A stretch of DNA of 64,000 nt from Trichoplax sp. H2. Taxonomy: Eukaryota. The notes beneath the pieces were generated by a model. That model was given only the letters and a program-made list of their open reading frames with translations. It was not told where the DNA came from and made no database searches. The stretch covers positions 1 through 64,000 of the forward strand of contig NOWV01000120.1 of NCBI GenBank assembly GCA_003344405.1, read 5' to 3'. Positions 1-12,719 of this stretch are shown piece by piece (the first letter of the stretch is position 1; each line of letters begins with the position of its first letter). A program made the position numbers and the translations under genes.

Positions 1-2463
1 TACTGCATTTACATACTATTCCTCAATAGTTCATGAGTCATAGTTAATACAATTAACATTAGAATCATTTACTGAATTAGATATTAATTTTAGCTACTGC
101 TCCCTTAATGCAGACAACAGTATTTACGAACATAGACATATAATGACTAATACAGAATAGTCAGATTACGATATGTCCTATCACGGAACATTTCCATGAT
201 AATTTACAGTCTACCATAAGTAAATTACAATCACAATGATTCGAACTGTAAGCAGATGATTTGCATTCCCTATTATAACTATTAATTTCAGTATGTGTAT
301 AAGTGTCACTGTCATAAAAAGTCAGTGCTATATTAAAACACAGTATATCCAAATTAGAAGTTAACTAAATAAGGATAGTCTAATAGAATTATCCTAACAT
401 AGATATTTCTACTGTAATACAGTATATAACACTGTAACAATATCAAATTTATTTCTACTTTTACGGAAGATACCAAACTGTTTCATAAGTTATGATATAT
501 GTATTGAAATCTGATTTTTTCTATAGCTGCTAATACCCATTGTAATCATATACATTTAGATAGGGCTCAAATGCGATTTCAAGTCAGCATTCTATACAGT
601 AACGCTACACCAAGGATAATTAAAGAGATAAACAAAGTCAAGTAATCGATGAAATAAATTATTACATATTAATACAGTTCTGTAATAAGAGTTGTGAAAA
701 CAGTTACTAAATCAATATCTGTGTGAAAGCTTAGAGTAAAATGTAAAATTTTTCTAGAATAAGTTACGAAGGAAGTTATCATATTTAAAGTTATTTTATT
801 CGATTTAGATAACTTCTGTACTTAATTTTTAGTCAATATCGAGTACTTGACATATATAAATATACAGTTTATTACGTTAAAAAGTTAGGAAGTTTACTTA
901 TTTTATTCTTAAGTAATTATCAGGCAGCTATTATGGAACTATAGGATAAGTATATTCATAAAGTGATAAATTATTCACTGATTTGTTATAATTCGATAAA
1001 TAGTTAATTTTATCGCTATTATCTGATTAACTTCTTAATACGCTATTACAAACATACGCAAGGTTTTGATGTAGCACTAGAACATTCCATTTAAATTCAA
1101 AAGTTAACTTCCAGTTCCAACACCAACAAGGCGAATACACTCCGGTTAAACTGGTTCGCAATTAATACTTTGATTCATTGTGCCTATTTCTAAATTAAGA
1201 ATTGCTAAGGTATCTACAACCATCATCTACTAAAGTTACCGTTATTACAGGGGTCAAAATATAATCAACGGATAAGCATACATCAAATGACATTGCAGTG
1301 TACGGGTTATTAGCCCTAGGTTCATAATACGTCAGCTCAAAATTCTGAGTTGTTAAAATCGAGAAATCCCTAATGTGACACAAAATAGTCAACACCGTAT
1401 AATTGACTTATAACAGTTAAGTATATGAACGTCCGTCGCAGAAGAAATCCAATTTCTTCCTCTCATAATAACAGTCGAAAGTGGCTAAGATAAACCTGAT
1501 AATCGACTTAGCCTCCACGATAACAATTCTATACAACTTATATAAATTATCATGAATTGCTCCTCTACATAGGAGTCATCAATCACATTAGTACATTGCT
1601 TAATAACATTACATAATATGGCTATCAGCTACGGCCTTATATAGCCCGTACTTTATTAAGATATACAGTTCTACACTACATACTATCACTGTATTGCCTA
1701 CACAAAACTATAGTAATTAACTGAAATCACTACAGCAATATGATAAGGTAATTTATTAATAGAAATCATAATAATTTACTATCATGACAGGTATATTGCG
1801 AAGTCAGCCTAAACATTTAGCTATAGCTATTAAGACTAACTTAGAGTACACTGGTACTAGTGTATAATAGCTAGAAGTAATAAAATCGATTAATCTAAAT
1901 TCGTATCGTATGACTCAACTTTCATGTATTGGAATAGTTTAGTTTTCTTATTGAGATTCTCCCGAAGTTAGTCTTAGATTAAATAGAGTAGATAGACTAC
2001 CTTGGATCCGATCAGAAAAGCTATTTCTGGCAGCCATTAACAGCACGCACAGAAATAAAATAATTGAAGACACTCAGTAATTATGTTTGTCTATTATCAT
2101 ATTAAATTTTAAAGGGTAAAATAGACCTTTTTTATAATTTCGAATACTATAGTCTGCGTTTTCAGCTTTGGTTAAACTGGAAGTATCAATATATTTAGGA
2201 TTATTAGATCAGTATTTACCAGTATTTCTGTTTTAAAAATTAAGATCCGGCATGATGTCTTGTGCAGTGCTAAACTTTACTTAGTAGAAATTACTGACTT
2301 TGTGGAAGATCATTCGTTGCTGTTGGTGAAAGATATACGATTTACTTAATGTCTATAAGAAGAGAAAGCGTTAGATAAATGCAAATAAAGAATTGATACT
2401 CAAACAGTAATTACTATTTAACTATGGGTATCCTACACATTTTTTACTTATTTCCAACGCGAA

Positions 2464-3540
2464 CTAATTAGTAGTTTTTTCTGTCTCATTTTGATTAAAG
2501 CTAGCTACATCTATAGCAATCGTATTTCTACGATTTAAGAAAAAAAATTTGCGTAGAAGCGTCCTAAAATCACGAAATCGAAATACAAAGTAAAGCAATG
2601 GATCGATAGCAGTATTGGAAAATGGAAGCATGCTGATCGCTTTTCTTATTTGACTTAGAACAATTATCTTATTAATATTATCATAAATACCAACTCCAGT
2701 AATAATATAGAAACTGAACACATTTGTTAGTGCGATAAAAGTCAATGTAATCTGAAGTCTTTTATCAAATACAGATCGAAATTGTGACCTAGAAATTGTT
2801 GTAGATTTTCTTAACATAACTATCATATGTACATACAATATGAAAGCAGTTGTATAAGCTATGAGAATATAAAACATTTCCAATAATCCGAGAATAAAAT
2901 AAATCTGCCCCATAAGAAACAAGCCAAGACATAAGTTTGAAGAGTGTTCAAAAGTATAAGGGGATAGTTTCCTCTTTCCAATATTATCAAATACAACTAT
3001 ACCGGCTGCTATAATAATACCAGCAATCCAAGTGATACTAGTCAGAATTTTACTCTTTTTAATGGTTAGCTTTCTTCTGCTATATGGATAAACAATTAAT
3101 ATATAACGATCCACCGCAATAAGAAGCGTCAATGTAGATGACATGTACAGAAAAATCTTTGAAAGAAATTGTGCGAAGCTGCAAGCCGTAGTCTTAAACC
3201 ATTCATTTTTTATTAAAGAATAACTTACATTAGCCAAATGCTGATACTTATGTTGATAATATTGAGTGTAATAAGCATCAGAAATAACTATTATTGTAAT
3301 ATAAGTAACACCAATAAGATCGCAAACTAATAAATTGAAAAGTAGCCATAGTGAAGGTTTTCTCATATGTTCACAGCGGTCTCTTCCAATCGTAGGAAGC
3401 TTGCATGTAAAACATTCCGATATAATTATATATCCAATTAGAAAGAGATTTACAGGTAAACCAATTAGAACAACAGTCAAAGCTATGATTCGTGAAGAAT
3501 CACTGTTCATAAAGGGAGAATATAAGCTGAAGTTGGACAT
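2464..3540 (-). CDS. Rhodopsin-class 7TM GPCR, LGR/GRL101-like transmembrane domain without ectodomain (copy A), intronless, 358 aa
   Basis: Seven hydrophobic segments; TM2 NLLVCDLIG..YI.II..D; ECL1 W...AC; TM3 IAVDRYILIVYP; TM4 Trp; ECL2 Cys (SNLCL); TM7 NTAIDPLLY (NPxxY variant). Confidence 0.9.
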   Translation of the reverse strand: MSNFSLYSPFMNSDSSRIIALTVVLIGLPVNLFLIGYIIISECFTCKLPTIGRDRCEHMRKPSLWLLFNLLVCDLIGVTYITIIVISDAYYTQYYQHKYQHLANVSYSLIKNEWFKTTACSFAQFLSKIFLYMSSTLTLLIAVDRYILIVYPYSRRKLTIKKSKILTSITWIAGIIIAAGIVVFDNIGKRKLSPYTFEHSSNLCLGLFLMGQIYFILGLLEMFYILIAYTTAFILYVHMIVMLRKSTTISRSQFRSVFDKRLQITLTFIALTNVFSFYIITGVGIYDNINKIIVLSQIRKAISMLPFSNTAIDPLLYFVFRFRDFRTLLRKFFFLNRRNTIAIDVASFNQNETEKTTN

Positions 3541-5608
3541 TCTTAAAATGAAACTCCGAGACGTAACATTAAATTTCGAAAAGATGGTTATAAATTAACG
3601 TTGCAGTTATTAGAACAAAATTGTACTTTTATTTTCTTACGATTTTTATTATAAATACCCTTTCTCTAGTCATGATCAAATTAAATTTTCAGCACGATCA
3701 ATAAAAACATCAACAAACCTTTTATTTAGTTATAGCTATTATCTTGCAATATCATGTTTGAAATTTATGGCATTAATAAATCAATTATTTTGATTCTTTT
3801 ATTATCCTAACATTTTTACTCCCATTCAAGAAGCTATAAATACAGGAAATAATATAGTACAAACGTCGATTTATTGTTAATGAAAAAGTTTTTATTAGCA
3901 TAAGCAGGTATTGATGAAGTCTAGACGAAGCGATAAAAAAGGAATGAGAATATACGAGAAGCGATCATTCTATTTCCAGATTTTGACTTAAATTTTATAC
4001 GCGAGTAGTATTTATTATGATTACAGAATTAATAATTAAAATAAAGAATTATAGAGTTACCATAGTTAAGAATCTAGGGAATTGTCACGGTACGAACTAC
4101 CGTGAAGAAATAGTTATCTAAATTTGGTTAATATAATATAGTGATAATATATTACATCTAGTTTCTTACAATAGGAATTACTCGAATTATAAATGTGTTA
4201 CAGTAAATTTATTGCTGTGCTGTAATGTGTACTGAAATGAATCTGTGGATGGACATATTGTAGTCCGACTGTGAAAAACTAGTTAGTAGATGTTCTCACC
4301 CAAGTATTTTTATAAGATGACTTGTGAATGTTATCTGCTGTAGAAGGGTATATAAACCCGTCAGATAGTTGAATAAAGCAGTTCTCAATTGTCTAGTTGA
4401 GTTTAACGTAGAATCAAAGGCGTCTAAGTTCTTGTGAGGTAGTTAACGGATACTGAATCCCGGAGACTATAGTAATTTAGAGATTTGTTTTACGTTATCT
4501 TTGTCACGAAGCTGGTTTGTGACAGGAATATATTGTGATAAATCCCGTCTTTAGTGTAGACATTGGCAGCTCCTTAGTTCCATGATCTTATTTATAATAT
4601 TAGTGGCAATCGATATTGAAATCATAATATTGATAGCTCAATGGTATTAATAAGTATTGTATTTTTTAATTGTTTTACAATCATATTATATTCATATACC
4701 ATGACAGAAATAATTGCTCACACGTGCTACCTCAATCTATTGGCTTAACATATTAAAAATGAATTCCGACTTATTATTTATTATCTCTGCATTGATGTCT
4801 ATACTACCTCGTTATTTGTCTAGAGAATTTATATACGGTATAGAGACATGATTTAAATTATATAAATGTAAATGGTTTCAAATACAGATATTCATTATAG
4901 GCATTTTGCAAAATACCTAAAGTATTTCAAGTATTTTACAAGATGCCTGATTTCGCAAATTGCCGTTAACATATACATACGTAAACATAATAAATAAATA
5001 AGTCAAGGCTTAATTTTAATATTCACTAAACACAGGATTTATCACAGTAAATTGCTTGAATTCTTAACTATGATAAACCTATAGTGCATTATTTTAATTA
5101 TGAATTCTGCGATTATAATAAACAGTACCCTTGTACAAAATTTAAATCATAACCTTGATATAAAATGATTGTTTCTCCTAAGCATAGTATGGTCTCATTC
5201 TTTTTCACATCGCTCCGTCTCAATTTCATCAATGCCTGCTTACGTTGATAAAAACTTTTTTCCTTCACCTTTAAAATGACGTTTATAAACTACTGTATAT
5301 TATTTCCTGTATGTATAGTTATTTGAATAGGTATAAAAGTGGTTAGACAATGAAAGGATCAAAATAATTGATTTATTAATGCCATAAATTTCAAATATGA
5401 TATAGCAAGATAATAGCTATAACTAAATAAAGATTTAATGAGTTTTTATAGATCGTGCTAAAATTTAATTTGATCATGACTAGAGAAAGGGTATTTATAA
5501 TAAAAATCGTAAGAAAATAAAAGTACAATTTTGTTCTAACAATTGCTGCGTTCTTTTATAACCATCTTTTCGAAATTTAATGTTACGTCTCGGAGTTTCA
5601 TTTTAAGA

Positions 5609-6685
5609 ATGTCCAACTTCAGCTTATATTCTCCCTTTATGAATAGTGATTCTTCACGAATCATAGCTCTGACTGTTGTTCTAATTGGTTTACCTGTAAA
5701 TCTCTTTCTAATTGGATATATAATTATATCGGAATGTTTTATATGCAAGCTTCCTGCAATTGGAAGAGACCGCTGCGAACATATGAGAAAACCTTCACTA
5801 TGGCTACTTTTCAATTTATTAGTTTGCGATCTTATTGGTGTTACTTATATTACAATAATAGTTATTTCTGATGCTTATTACACTCAATATTATCAACATA
5901 AGTATCAGCATTTGGCTAATGTAAGTTATTCTTTAATAAAAAATGAATGGTTTAAGACTACGGCTTGCAGCTTCGCACAATTTCTTTCAAAGATTTATTT
6001 GTGTATGTCATCTACATTGACGCTTCTTATTGCGGTCGATCGCTTCATGCTAATTGTTTACCCGTATAATAGAAGAAAGCTAACCATTAAAAAGAGTAAA
6101 ATTCTGACTAGTATCACTTGGATTGCTGATATTATTATGGCAGCCGGTATAGTTGTATTTGATAATATTGGAAAGAGGAAACTATCCCCTTATACTTTTG
6201 AACGAACTTCAAACTTATGTCTTGGGTTGTATGATTTGGAGCAGATTTATTTTATTCTCGGATTATTGGAATTACTTTACATTCTCATAGCTTATACAAC
6301 TGCTTTCATATTGTATGTACATATGATAGTTACGTTAAGAAAATCTACAACAATTTCTAGGTCACAATTTCGATCTGTATTTGATAAAAGACTTCAGATT
6401 ACATTGACTTTTATCGCGTTAACAAGCGTGTTTAGTTTCTACGTTATTGCTGGAGCTGCTATTTATGATAATATTAATAAGATAATTGTTCCAAGTAAAA
6501 TAAGAAAAGCGATCAGCATGCTTCCGTTTTCCAATACTGCTATCGATCCATTGCTTTACTTAATATTTCGATTTCGTGATTTTAGGACGCTTCTACGCAA
6601 ATGTGTTTTCTCTAATCGTGTGAACATGATTGCAGTAGATGTAGCTGGCTATAATCAAAATGAGACAGTAAAAACTAGTAATTAG
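5609..6685 (+). CDS. Rhodopsin-class 7TM GPCR, inverted paralogue (copy B), intronless, 358 aa, ~90% identical to copy A
   Basis: ATG at 5609 aligns with the start of copy A. Motifs are the same but with DRF in place of DRY. About 37 amino-acid differences by manual alignment. Confidence 0.9.
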   Translation: MSNFSLYSPFMNSDSSRIIALTVVLIGLPVNLFLIGYIIISECFICKLPAIGRDRCEHMRKPSLWLLFNLLVCDLIGVTYITIIVISDAYYTQYYQHKYQHLANVSYSLIKNEWFKTTACSFAQFLSKIYLCMSSTLTLLIAVDRFMLIVYPYNRRKLTIKKSKILTSITWIADIIMAAGIVVFDNIGKRKLSPYTFERTSNLCLGLYDLEQIYFILGLLELLYILIAYTTAFILYVHMIVTLRKSTTISRSQFRSVFDKRLQITLTFIALTSVFSFYVIAGAAIYDNINKIIVPSKIRKAISMLPFSNTAIDPLLYLIFRFRDFRTLLRKCVFSNRVNMIAVDVAGYNQNETVKTSN

Positions 6686-9334
6686 TTCACCTTGGAAATA
6701 AGTAAAATATGTATTTGATACCTATAGCCAAATAATTATTACTGTTTAGAGTATCAATTCTTTATTTGCATTTATCTAACGTTTTCTCTCCTTATTGACA
6801 TGAAGTAAATCGCATATATTTCACTAACAGCTGCTAATAATCTTCCACATAGTCAGCGATTTCTACTACATGCAGTTTAGTACTGTACTGGATGTTATGC
6901 AGCATCTTCATTTTAAAATGGTAACTTTGGTCAATACTAATCTAATAATCCTAAATATATTGATATTTTCTTTCTAGCCAAAGCTGAATTCGTTGCCTTT
7001 GGTATTCAAAAATGTGTAAAAATTCTATTTTTACTCTTTAAAATTCAATATGATAATAGATAAACGTATTTACTAAATGTTTTTAATTATTTAACTTCGC
7101 ACTGTTCATAATAGCCCAATAATTATATGGCTTGATTAATTTCCCAACATACGTGTCCCGATAGTAAGTTAACATAGTTTCTATTAATAGATTCTATTCA
7201 CATCATACTTGATGTACGCTTTCGTACATGTCGATCATGTATTCGATCTCTTTAATATCTGTAACTTCAGTACATGATGGTCGTAGATACCTTAACAATT
7301 CTTAATTTAGTAACAGATAGATCAAGATGGTAGCTGTAAAGTAGTTTAGCTGGAGTGTATTATTCGACTTGATAGCGGTAAAAGTAAAAGTATAGCCTCT
7401 AAGTTGAAATCAAAAATGCGCTAGTACGAAAATCTTATGGATGTTTGGTATAATGTGTTCAGGAGTTAATTAGTTAATGATTAAATTAACAATTTGTCGA
7501 AAGAAAGGGATTAGAGAATAGTTTATAACTTTGTGAATATGCGTGTACTTATACTGTAGTTACTATCAGGAATGATACGTAGTATTATATACGATATTTG
7601 TGTATGTATATTAATTGCCTAATGCTTACTTAAGAATTAACTGAATAAGCCATCTAACTATGCACATTTGCACAGTGATGCACAGTAATATACTGTATAT
7701 TTTTATGTATTACCTGCTTGATATTTACTAAAAATTAAGTAAAGAAGTTATCTAAATCTGTTGTATAACAGTAAACATGATAATTTTCTTCGTAATTCAT
7801 ATCCAGAAATATGTCATATGTACTCTGAAGCATTTACGCCCATATCGATTTAGTAGGCATTTTTTCTCAACTCTTATTACAGAACTGCATTAATTTATTT
7901 TATCGATGATCTGACATCATTTATCCTCTTCAGTTATCTTTGAAGTAGCCTTATTGTTTATAATATTAATATGAAACTATATTTTAAAGTTCGACCTAAA
8001 AGGTACATAATTCTAATTGCTAATTGCAGCTATAGAAAAAATTAGATTTCAATTCGTATATTCTAACTTACGAAGCAATGTAGTATCTTTTGCGAAAGTG
8101 CAAATAAATGTGATCCGTCAGTTATAATAACATAAAGGTGTAATAAATGTGGCTATAGTTTTAGATAATGATAGCTAATTGTAGCTTAATGTATTATATA
8201 TATTGTAGTTAAATCTTAGAATTTATGAAATATCATTTATTCACGTCGATATTGATATTGTAAATGATACTTGTATCGTCGAAATGATCTGAAATAGGAG
8301 TGGCTATAAAAGTAAATTTAAGTTACAACACGTAATACTAAACATTGCTATAGGCTGGTATGATAGTTTCTCGTAGAATTCCATACGAAATGATGAATTT
8401 AAAGGTAGAAAAATCTTTAGAAATTAGCTAGTAGGGTCAGCAGGGTATACTTTTATTATATGAATTCAAAATATCTTAACAGTAGCAATAAAAAGTAACA
8501 TACAAATTATAAAAACCTACAAGAAAACGTATCTGTAGGTTACATAATGGTACACTAAGTACAATATATAAACTTAGCTAGAGCAATTATCAGATGTCAA
8601 CTGACGAAATTGAAAAAAAAGCATCGTAGCTAGCGAAATTTAAATCTTGTTAAATTAAAGCAGTTACAAAGAGAGTCTAAGCGATAAAAGCTTGATTGCA
8701 GACGAGGCTAAAGATTTAAGAAATGGTTAACCCTTTCAAACCATAGGATAGATTCGTCGATAACGATTGATGAAATAAATAAGTGCAGCATATTGCTATA
8801 GATAAAGTAGAAATGAAGGTACAGACTCTCTCAATAATACTTGTTATAGAATATGATCTAAGATATAATAGTATAGTGTCTAGTGATCCAAATTTTTAGT
8901 AAGAATGATTAATTTTACAGCCAGATTTTTAACTACAGGATAGTTTTTGTCCAACTTCGATCGAAGAGTTAGCTCAAATACTTGAAAAGAATATTCCAAT
9001 GTTTGCATCATTGACCGTATCCATTTCGATATCTGGTTTAATATAGATAGAATAAGTTTAATGGATACGAAATACATATCTGTTTCAGTGACTCTATATT
9101 CTTGAAAGAACTTACTAGTGGTAGATAGTGCAATCATATTCGATAGATAAAAAACATGGTAAGCTATCATACGTATATAGGTTATAACTTGGTATCATGC
9201 TAGAAATAGTTATCTGACGCTGTATCTGTAGTAATCATGGACTAGCGATAGGAATAATAGCTAATTTCTAATTAATTAGAAATAAAATTTAAAACATTAT
9301 CAATCATGATTACAAAACCAGGAAAAACATACTC

Positions 9335-10753
9335 TTAAAACGTTGTGCTAGCGATTTCTTGCTTCATGCGATTTCTTCTATCTAATTCAATACAATCCAT
9401 TACAACATGATCTCTCCTAATATCGAATTTAGATGCAAATAAATAGTGTTGATGATTTTTATCAAATAGCCATCTTAAATCTCCTACTGAATAAGTACAT
9501 TGACCCTTTCTCCACCAGCCGTAACAATGTGTTGATCCCCAATTAGTTAGGCGAGATTTTGATGAAACAGCTTTAGTTCGATATGATTGATTGAAATGTA
9601 TTGAACCTGGAACACCGTCGATTCGCTGCAATGTTGCCCAGATATTTTCACTAGGTAGAAAAGTATCATTAAAGTAGTTTAAGATTGCTTTTGCTGTCAT
9701 ATTACTCATAACAAATTGACAAAATTCATACGTAGCCGCGATAAATGATCCGCCTTTATAAATTCTAACATTATTTAACGATATTGGGGATTTAAATCTA
9801 GTACTTGGTAAATACTGTCCACTTTTTGATAAATAGTAATGATATTGATATCTCGATTTTAAATGAGCAGCAACTAAAGTTTCAATATCATTTTGGCCAT
9901 TTAGTGTTTTTAGATATTGGACTAATTCTCGATTTGTCATTAATGGATAATCATCGCCGGATAAATTAATCCAGTATTTCCAATTGTGATGATGAAGAAG
10001 AAGTGCTTCCATACAGTATAGATCAGCTTGTATTCGCGAATAGGTCGTTGGTATAACTGAAATTAAATTGAATACAATAATATTACGGAAACATTTAGCA
10101 TAGTTCATCATTACTTGTGTAAACGCTGGCGATGATTTGTTATCTACATGGATACAGTAATAATTATGAGGCATATAAATACTGCGTAATAATCTTTCAA
10201 CTTGTTCAGCATTCTTATGGACAGTTAAAGTAAATGCAATTGGATACTCTTTCTCTTCCTGACTTAGTGATATATTTGGATAAGATTGATAAATTGGATT
10301 TTGACAATATTGGGTTTCTTTAGCTAAAAGTTCATTCGATAGAAACGTTCTATTTTGATGCAAGCGAAATGCTTCCCGGACATAATTAATTTCTGATGCT
10401 GATCGATGAGATAGATCTTGACAATTTGGTTGTCGTTCCATAGTATTAAACATACTGCCATAGTAGGTTGGATTGGTTTGGAGGGGATAAAGTGGTAATT
10501 GAGGAATTTTATCTCTCGTCATGGTTTTGACCGTTATACCAGGAGTTGCATGGACATTTCGCCGCTGTCCATTATAGCTTAAGGTAGTTAAATTGATTGG
10601 AGAAACTTGATGCGATTTATAGATCCAATCTTTAGCTTGGTCTATGAGTTGGCGATCAGTAAACATTTTATGTAATTGCATAAATAACATTAATAACAAA
10701 ATGCTGCTAAGTATATTGACGGTACGAGATCTTTTGATTGTAAGAATCTTCAT
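9335..10753 (-). CDS. Core-2/I-branching beta-1,6-N-acetylglucosaminyltransferase (GT14, GCNT family), type II membrane protein, intronless CDS
   Basis: N-terminal TM anchor; LSQEEKEYPIAF, ERLLRSIYMPHNYYCIHVD, SRIQADLYCM, WKYWINLSGDDYPLMTNRELV, LFASKFD...DC motifs typical of GCNT1/2/3. Confidence 0.92.
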   Translation of the reverse strand: MKILTIKRSRTVNILSSILLLMLFMQLHKMFTDRQLIDQAKDWIYKSHQVSPINLTTLSYNGQRRNVHATPGITVKTMTRDKIPQLPLYPLQTNPTYYGSMFNTMERQPNCQDLSHRSASEINYVREAFRLHQNRTFLSNELLAKETQYCQNPIYQSYPNISLSQEEKEYPIAFTLTVHKNAEQVERLLRSIYMPHNYYCIHVDNKSSPAFTQVMMNYAKCFRNIIVFNLISVIPTTYSRIQADLYCMEALLLHHHNWKYWINLSGDDYPLMTNRELVQYLKTLNGQNDIETLVAAHLKSRYQYHYYLSKSGQYLPSTRFKSPISLNNVRIYKGGSFIAATYEFCQFVMSNMTAKAILNYFNDTFLPSENIWATLQRIDGVPGSIHFNQSYRTKAVSSKSRLTNWGSTHCYGWWRKGQCTYSVGDLRWLFDKNHQHYLFASKFDIRRDHVVMDCIELDRRNRMKQEIASTTF

Positions 10754-12719
10754 TTTTGGCTATCAGCAATTATTATCACCGATGATAGTATACGATAGCT
10801 AGGGACTTGAATAATTATTAAATTTTGACAATAATAATAAAGAAGGCCAGAGTAAAGAGATACTAGTGTATTTAGCATATAGCAATGCTAAAGTTACGAT
10901 CTTGTATAATAATTTATATCCAGAATAACATTACTGTAGAACCACTGGACGGTGTTTCTAACGTTTTTTACCTTTCTGGGGTCATGTTCAACTCGCTCTT
11001 GCTTAGGCTTAATTGACCTTATAAAGATTTACTTTTAATCCTTAGGATGACTAGCGTAGCGGATAAAAATCGTTGTACCTTTGTGTACATATACTCGCAC
11101 ATGTACTCTATCTGTTTAAACTTGTAACTTGATTAGTATCATTTTATTTATAGGAAGAAGCGCAACAGCTGGGAATAGATGGCTTTCAAATAAGTAGCGG
11201 TTAAATTGTTAACAGCGCCGGTCACTACAGCATGCATACTATTAGATCATACTTAAACTACTAGGACTCAACAATGTGTCCAATTCTGCATTTCAAGTTT
11301 CACGGCTTTCTTGAAGAAATAGAAATAGGAAGTTTTGTATGTATTTAATTAAAAATTTTCATAAACAGTGGACACCATGTGGATGACAATTCTGAAGGAT
11401 TTTCGATATTAATGTGTTCACAATGGCGACTAAGGAGTCTTTTGTTGTTTGTCCGTAGTAATGTCTATTGGTCGGCTGATCTTCTACTTATTTATTAAGA
11501 AATGATGGACTACGATATCTATACCCTAAAATAACTATTAATAAATGATACTATTTTAAGTTAAATAGTAAAATAATTGCTGTCTTATAAGAGCAGTTGC
11601 TGTCAATGTCCTTATTTTATTTCCAGCTATGGGCCGTAACCTAGTGTCTGTGCGTAGGAATCTTTTATTGAATAATGATCATTCGTTAATGTAATATCGA
11701 TTCATGACTAAGAGTAAGCCGTTCGGAAGCTGTCTTTTCTTTGAAGCCTATCGAGTATACTTACTTATAAAAGTGAATAGAGGCTTTAGCCGCTTACTTT
11801 TACTTAGAGTACCGTATTTGTTTTAAGATATAATTTGCATGCGTTTAGTATATGTCGTCTAGGTCTCTTTCTACTAATGTATAATATGATGTAGTGGAAA
11901 CAATACACAAAGGAACATTTTTACTGGCATTTGAATTAATCCAAATGAGCTACTAGATAGGTACAGTATTCAAGAATAAAACGAGGCTTCTAGCTGGTCT
12001 ACGTGCTTCCAAGTCGTTTGTAGACGACATTTATCCGAGCATTTGGTGATTCTGCTATTACAGCACTAATAGCGCTTATATCGATAACGCTTTGTAAATC
12101 ATTTGATATTTTAACTATCTGCTTTTACTAAAATAGAGCCTACATGCAATCTCTTTTGATATTTCTTCAATACTCCAAGCTATCATTTAAAGATTTGATA
12201 TTTTATTTTGTTGGTTGATTATAAAATAAAATATAATATAAATCCCTTGTTTTGGTTCTCTCATACTAAACTGCAGATCAGACCAAACTAGAGCCAGTTT
12301 ATAGTAAGGAATAGCTTTGTATAAAAACCGACATGATAGGCAGAAATCACTTTTGAAACAGTTTTCAATGGGACTCTCGTTCATTTAGTTAGAGAGGCCA
12401 TCGAAAATGTTATTTTCAAGTATGATAACGCTTCAATATCATGATCTAACTCTACCCGTCCTTTCTATGAGAACTGAACAATTGCTACGTAACAGATTGT
12501 ATAAAATATTGAAATATGGACTATTTTTTCTTAATTTTATGCAGATCGATTGCGTGCCGTTTTTACGCTAGTGGATTATAATTATGTAAAGTAATGCTAT
12601 AACGGATGTCGCGGTTTCAGCTAGTGACAGAGCTGCTGCATTTTGGACGATACTATTAGTCATCTTCTTACAAGTTTACTTCGCTCCTCTTAAAAGTGCA
12701 TACTTATTCCTCAGCGCTT

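Larger units (their letters stand above)
440..8115. repeat. Large inverted segmental duplication: left arm ~440-4080, right arm ~5055-8115, ~1-kb unique spacer
   Basis: Reverse-complement matches read by eye: 500-530 vs 8025-8055, 671-700 vs 7861-7890, 811-840 vs 7715-7750, 1191-1240 vs 7261-7310, 2061-2130 vs 7021-7090, the two CDSs, 3612-3690 vs 5460-5537, and 4020-4075 vs 5060-5112. The left segment ~1240-2045 has no counterpart of equal size (~160 bp on the right arm). Confidence 0.9.

Noticed and set aside
5543..5608. N-terminal extensions given by the ORF track for GPCR B, NUCB-A (27050) and CYP4 (53219)
   Set aside because: They start at non-ATG codons. The downstream ATGs (5609, 27083, 53150) match the paralogue start or precede the signal/anchor peptide.
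3335..5814. Conserved 87/92-aa ORFs (3335-3598 +, 5536-5814 -)
   Set aside because: These are antisense shadows of the two GPCR CDSs. Their similarity follows from the inverted duplication.
440..8115. Transposon with long terminal inverted repeats
   Set aside because: The arms contain host GPCR genes, the ends fade gradually, and I saw no transposase or target-site duplication.
8880..9170. 96-aa minus-strand ORF and other short ORFs (161-352, 12187-12384, 23975-24175, 35919-36188, 61260-61520)
   Set aside because: They have no recognisable motif or splice context and are consistent with chance ORFs in AT-rich DNA.
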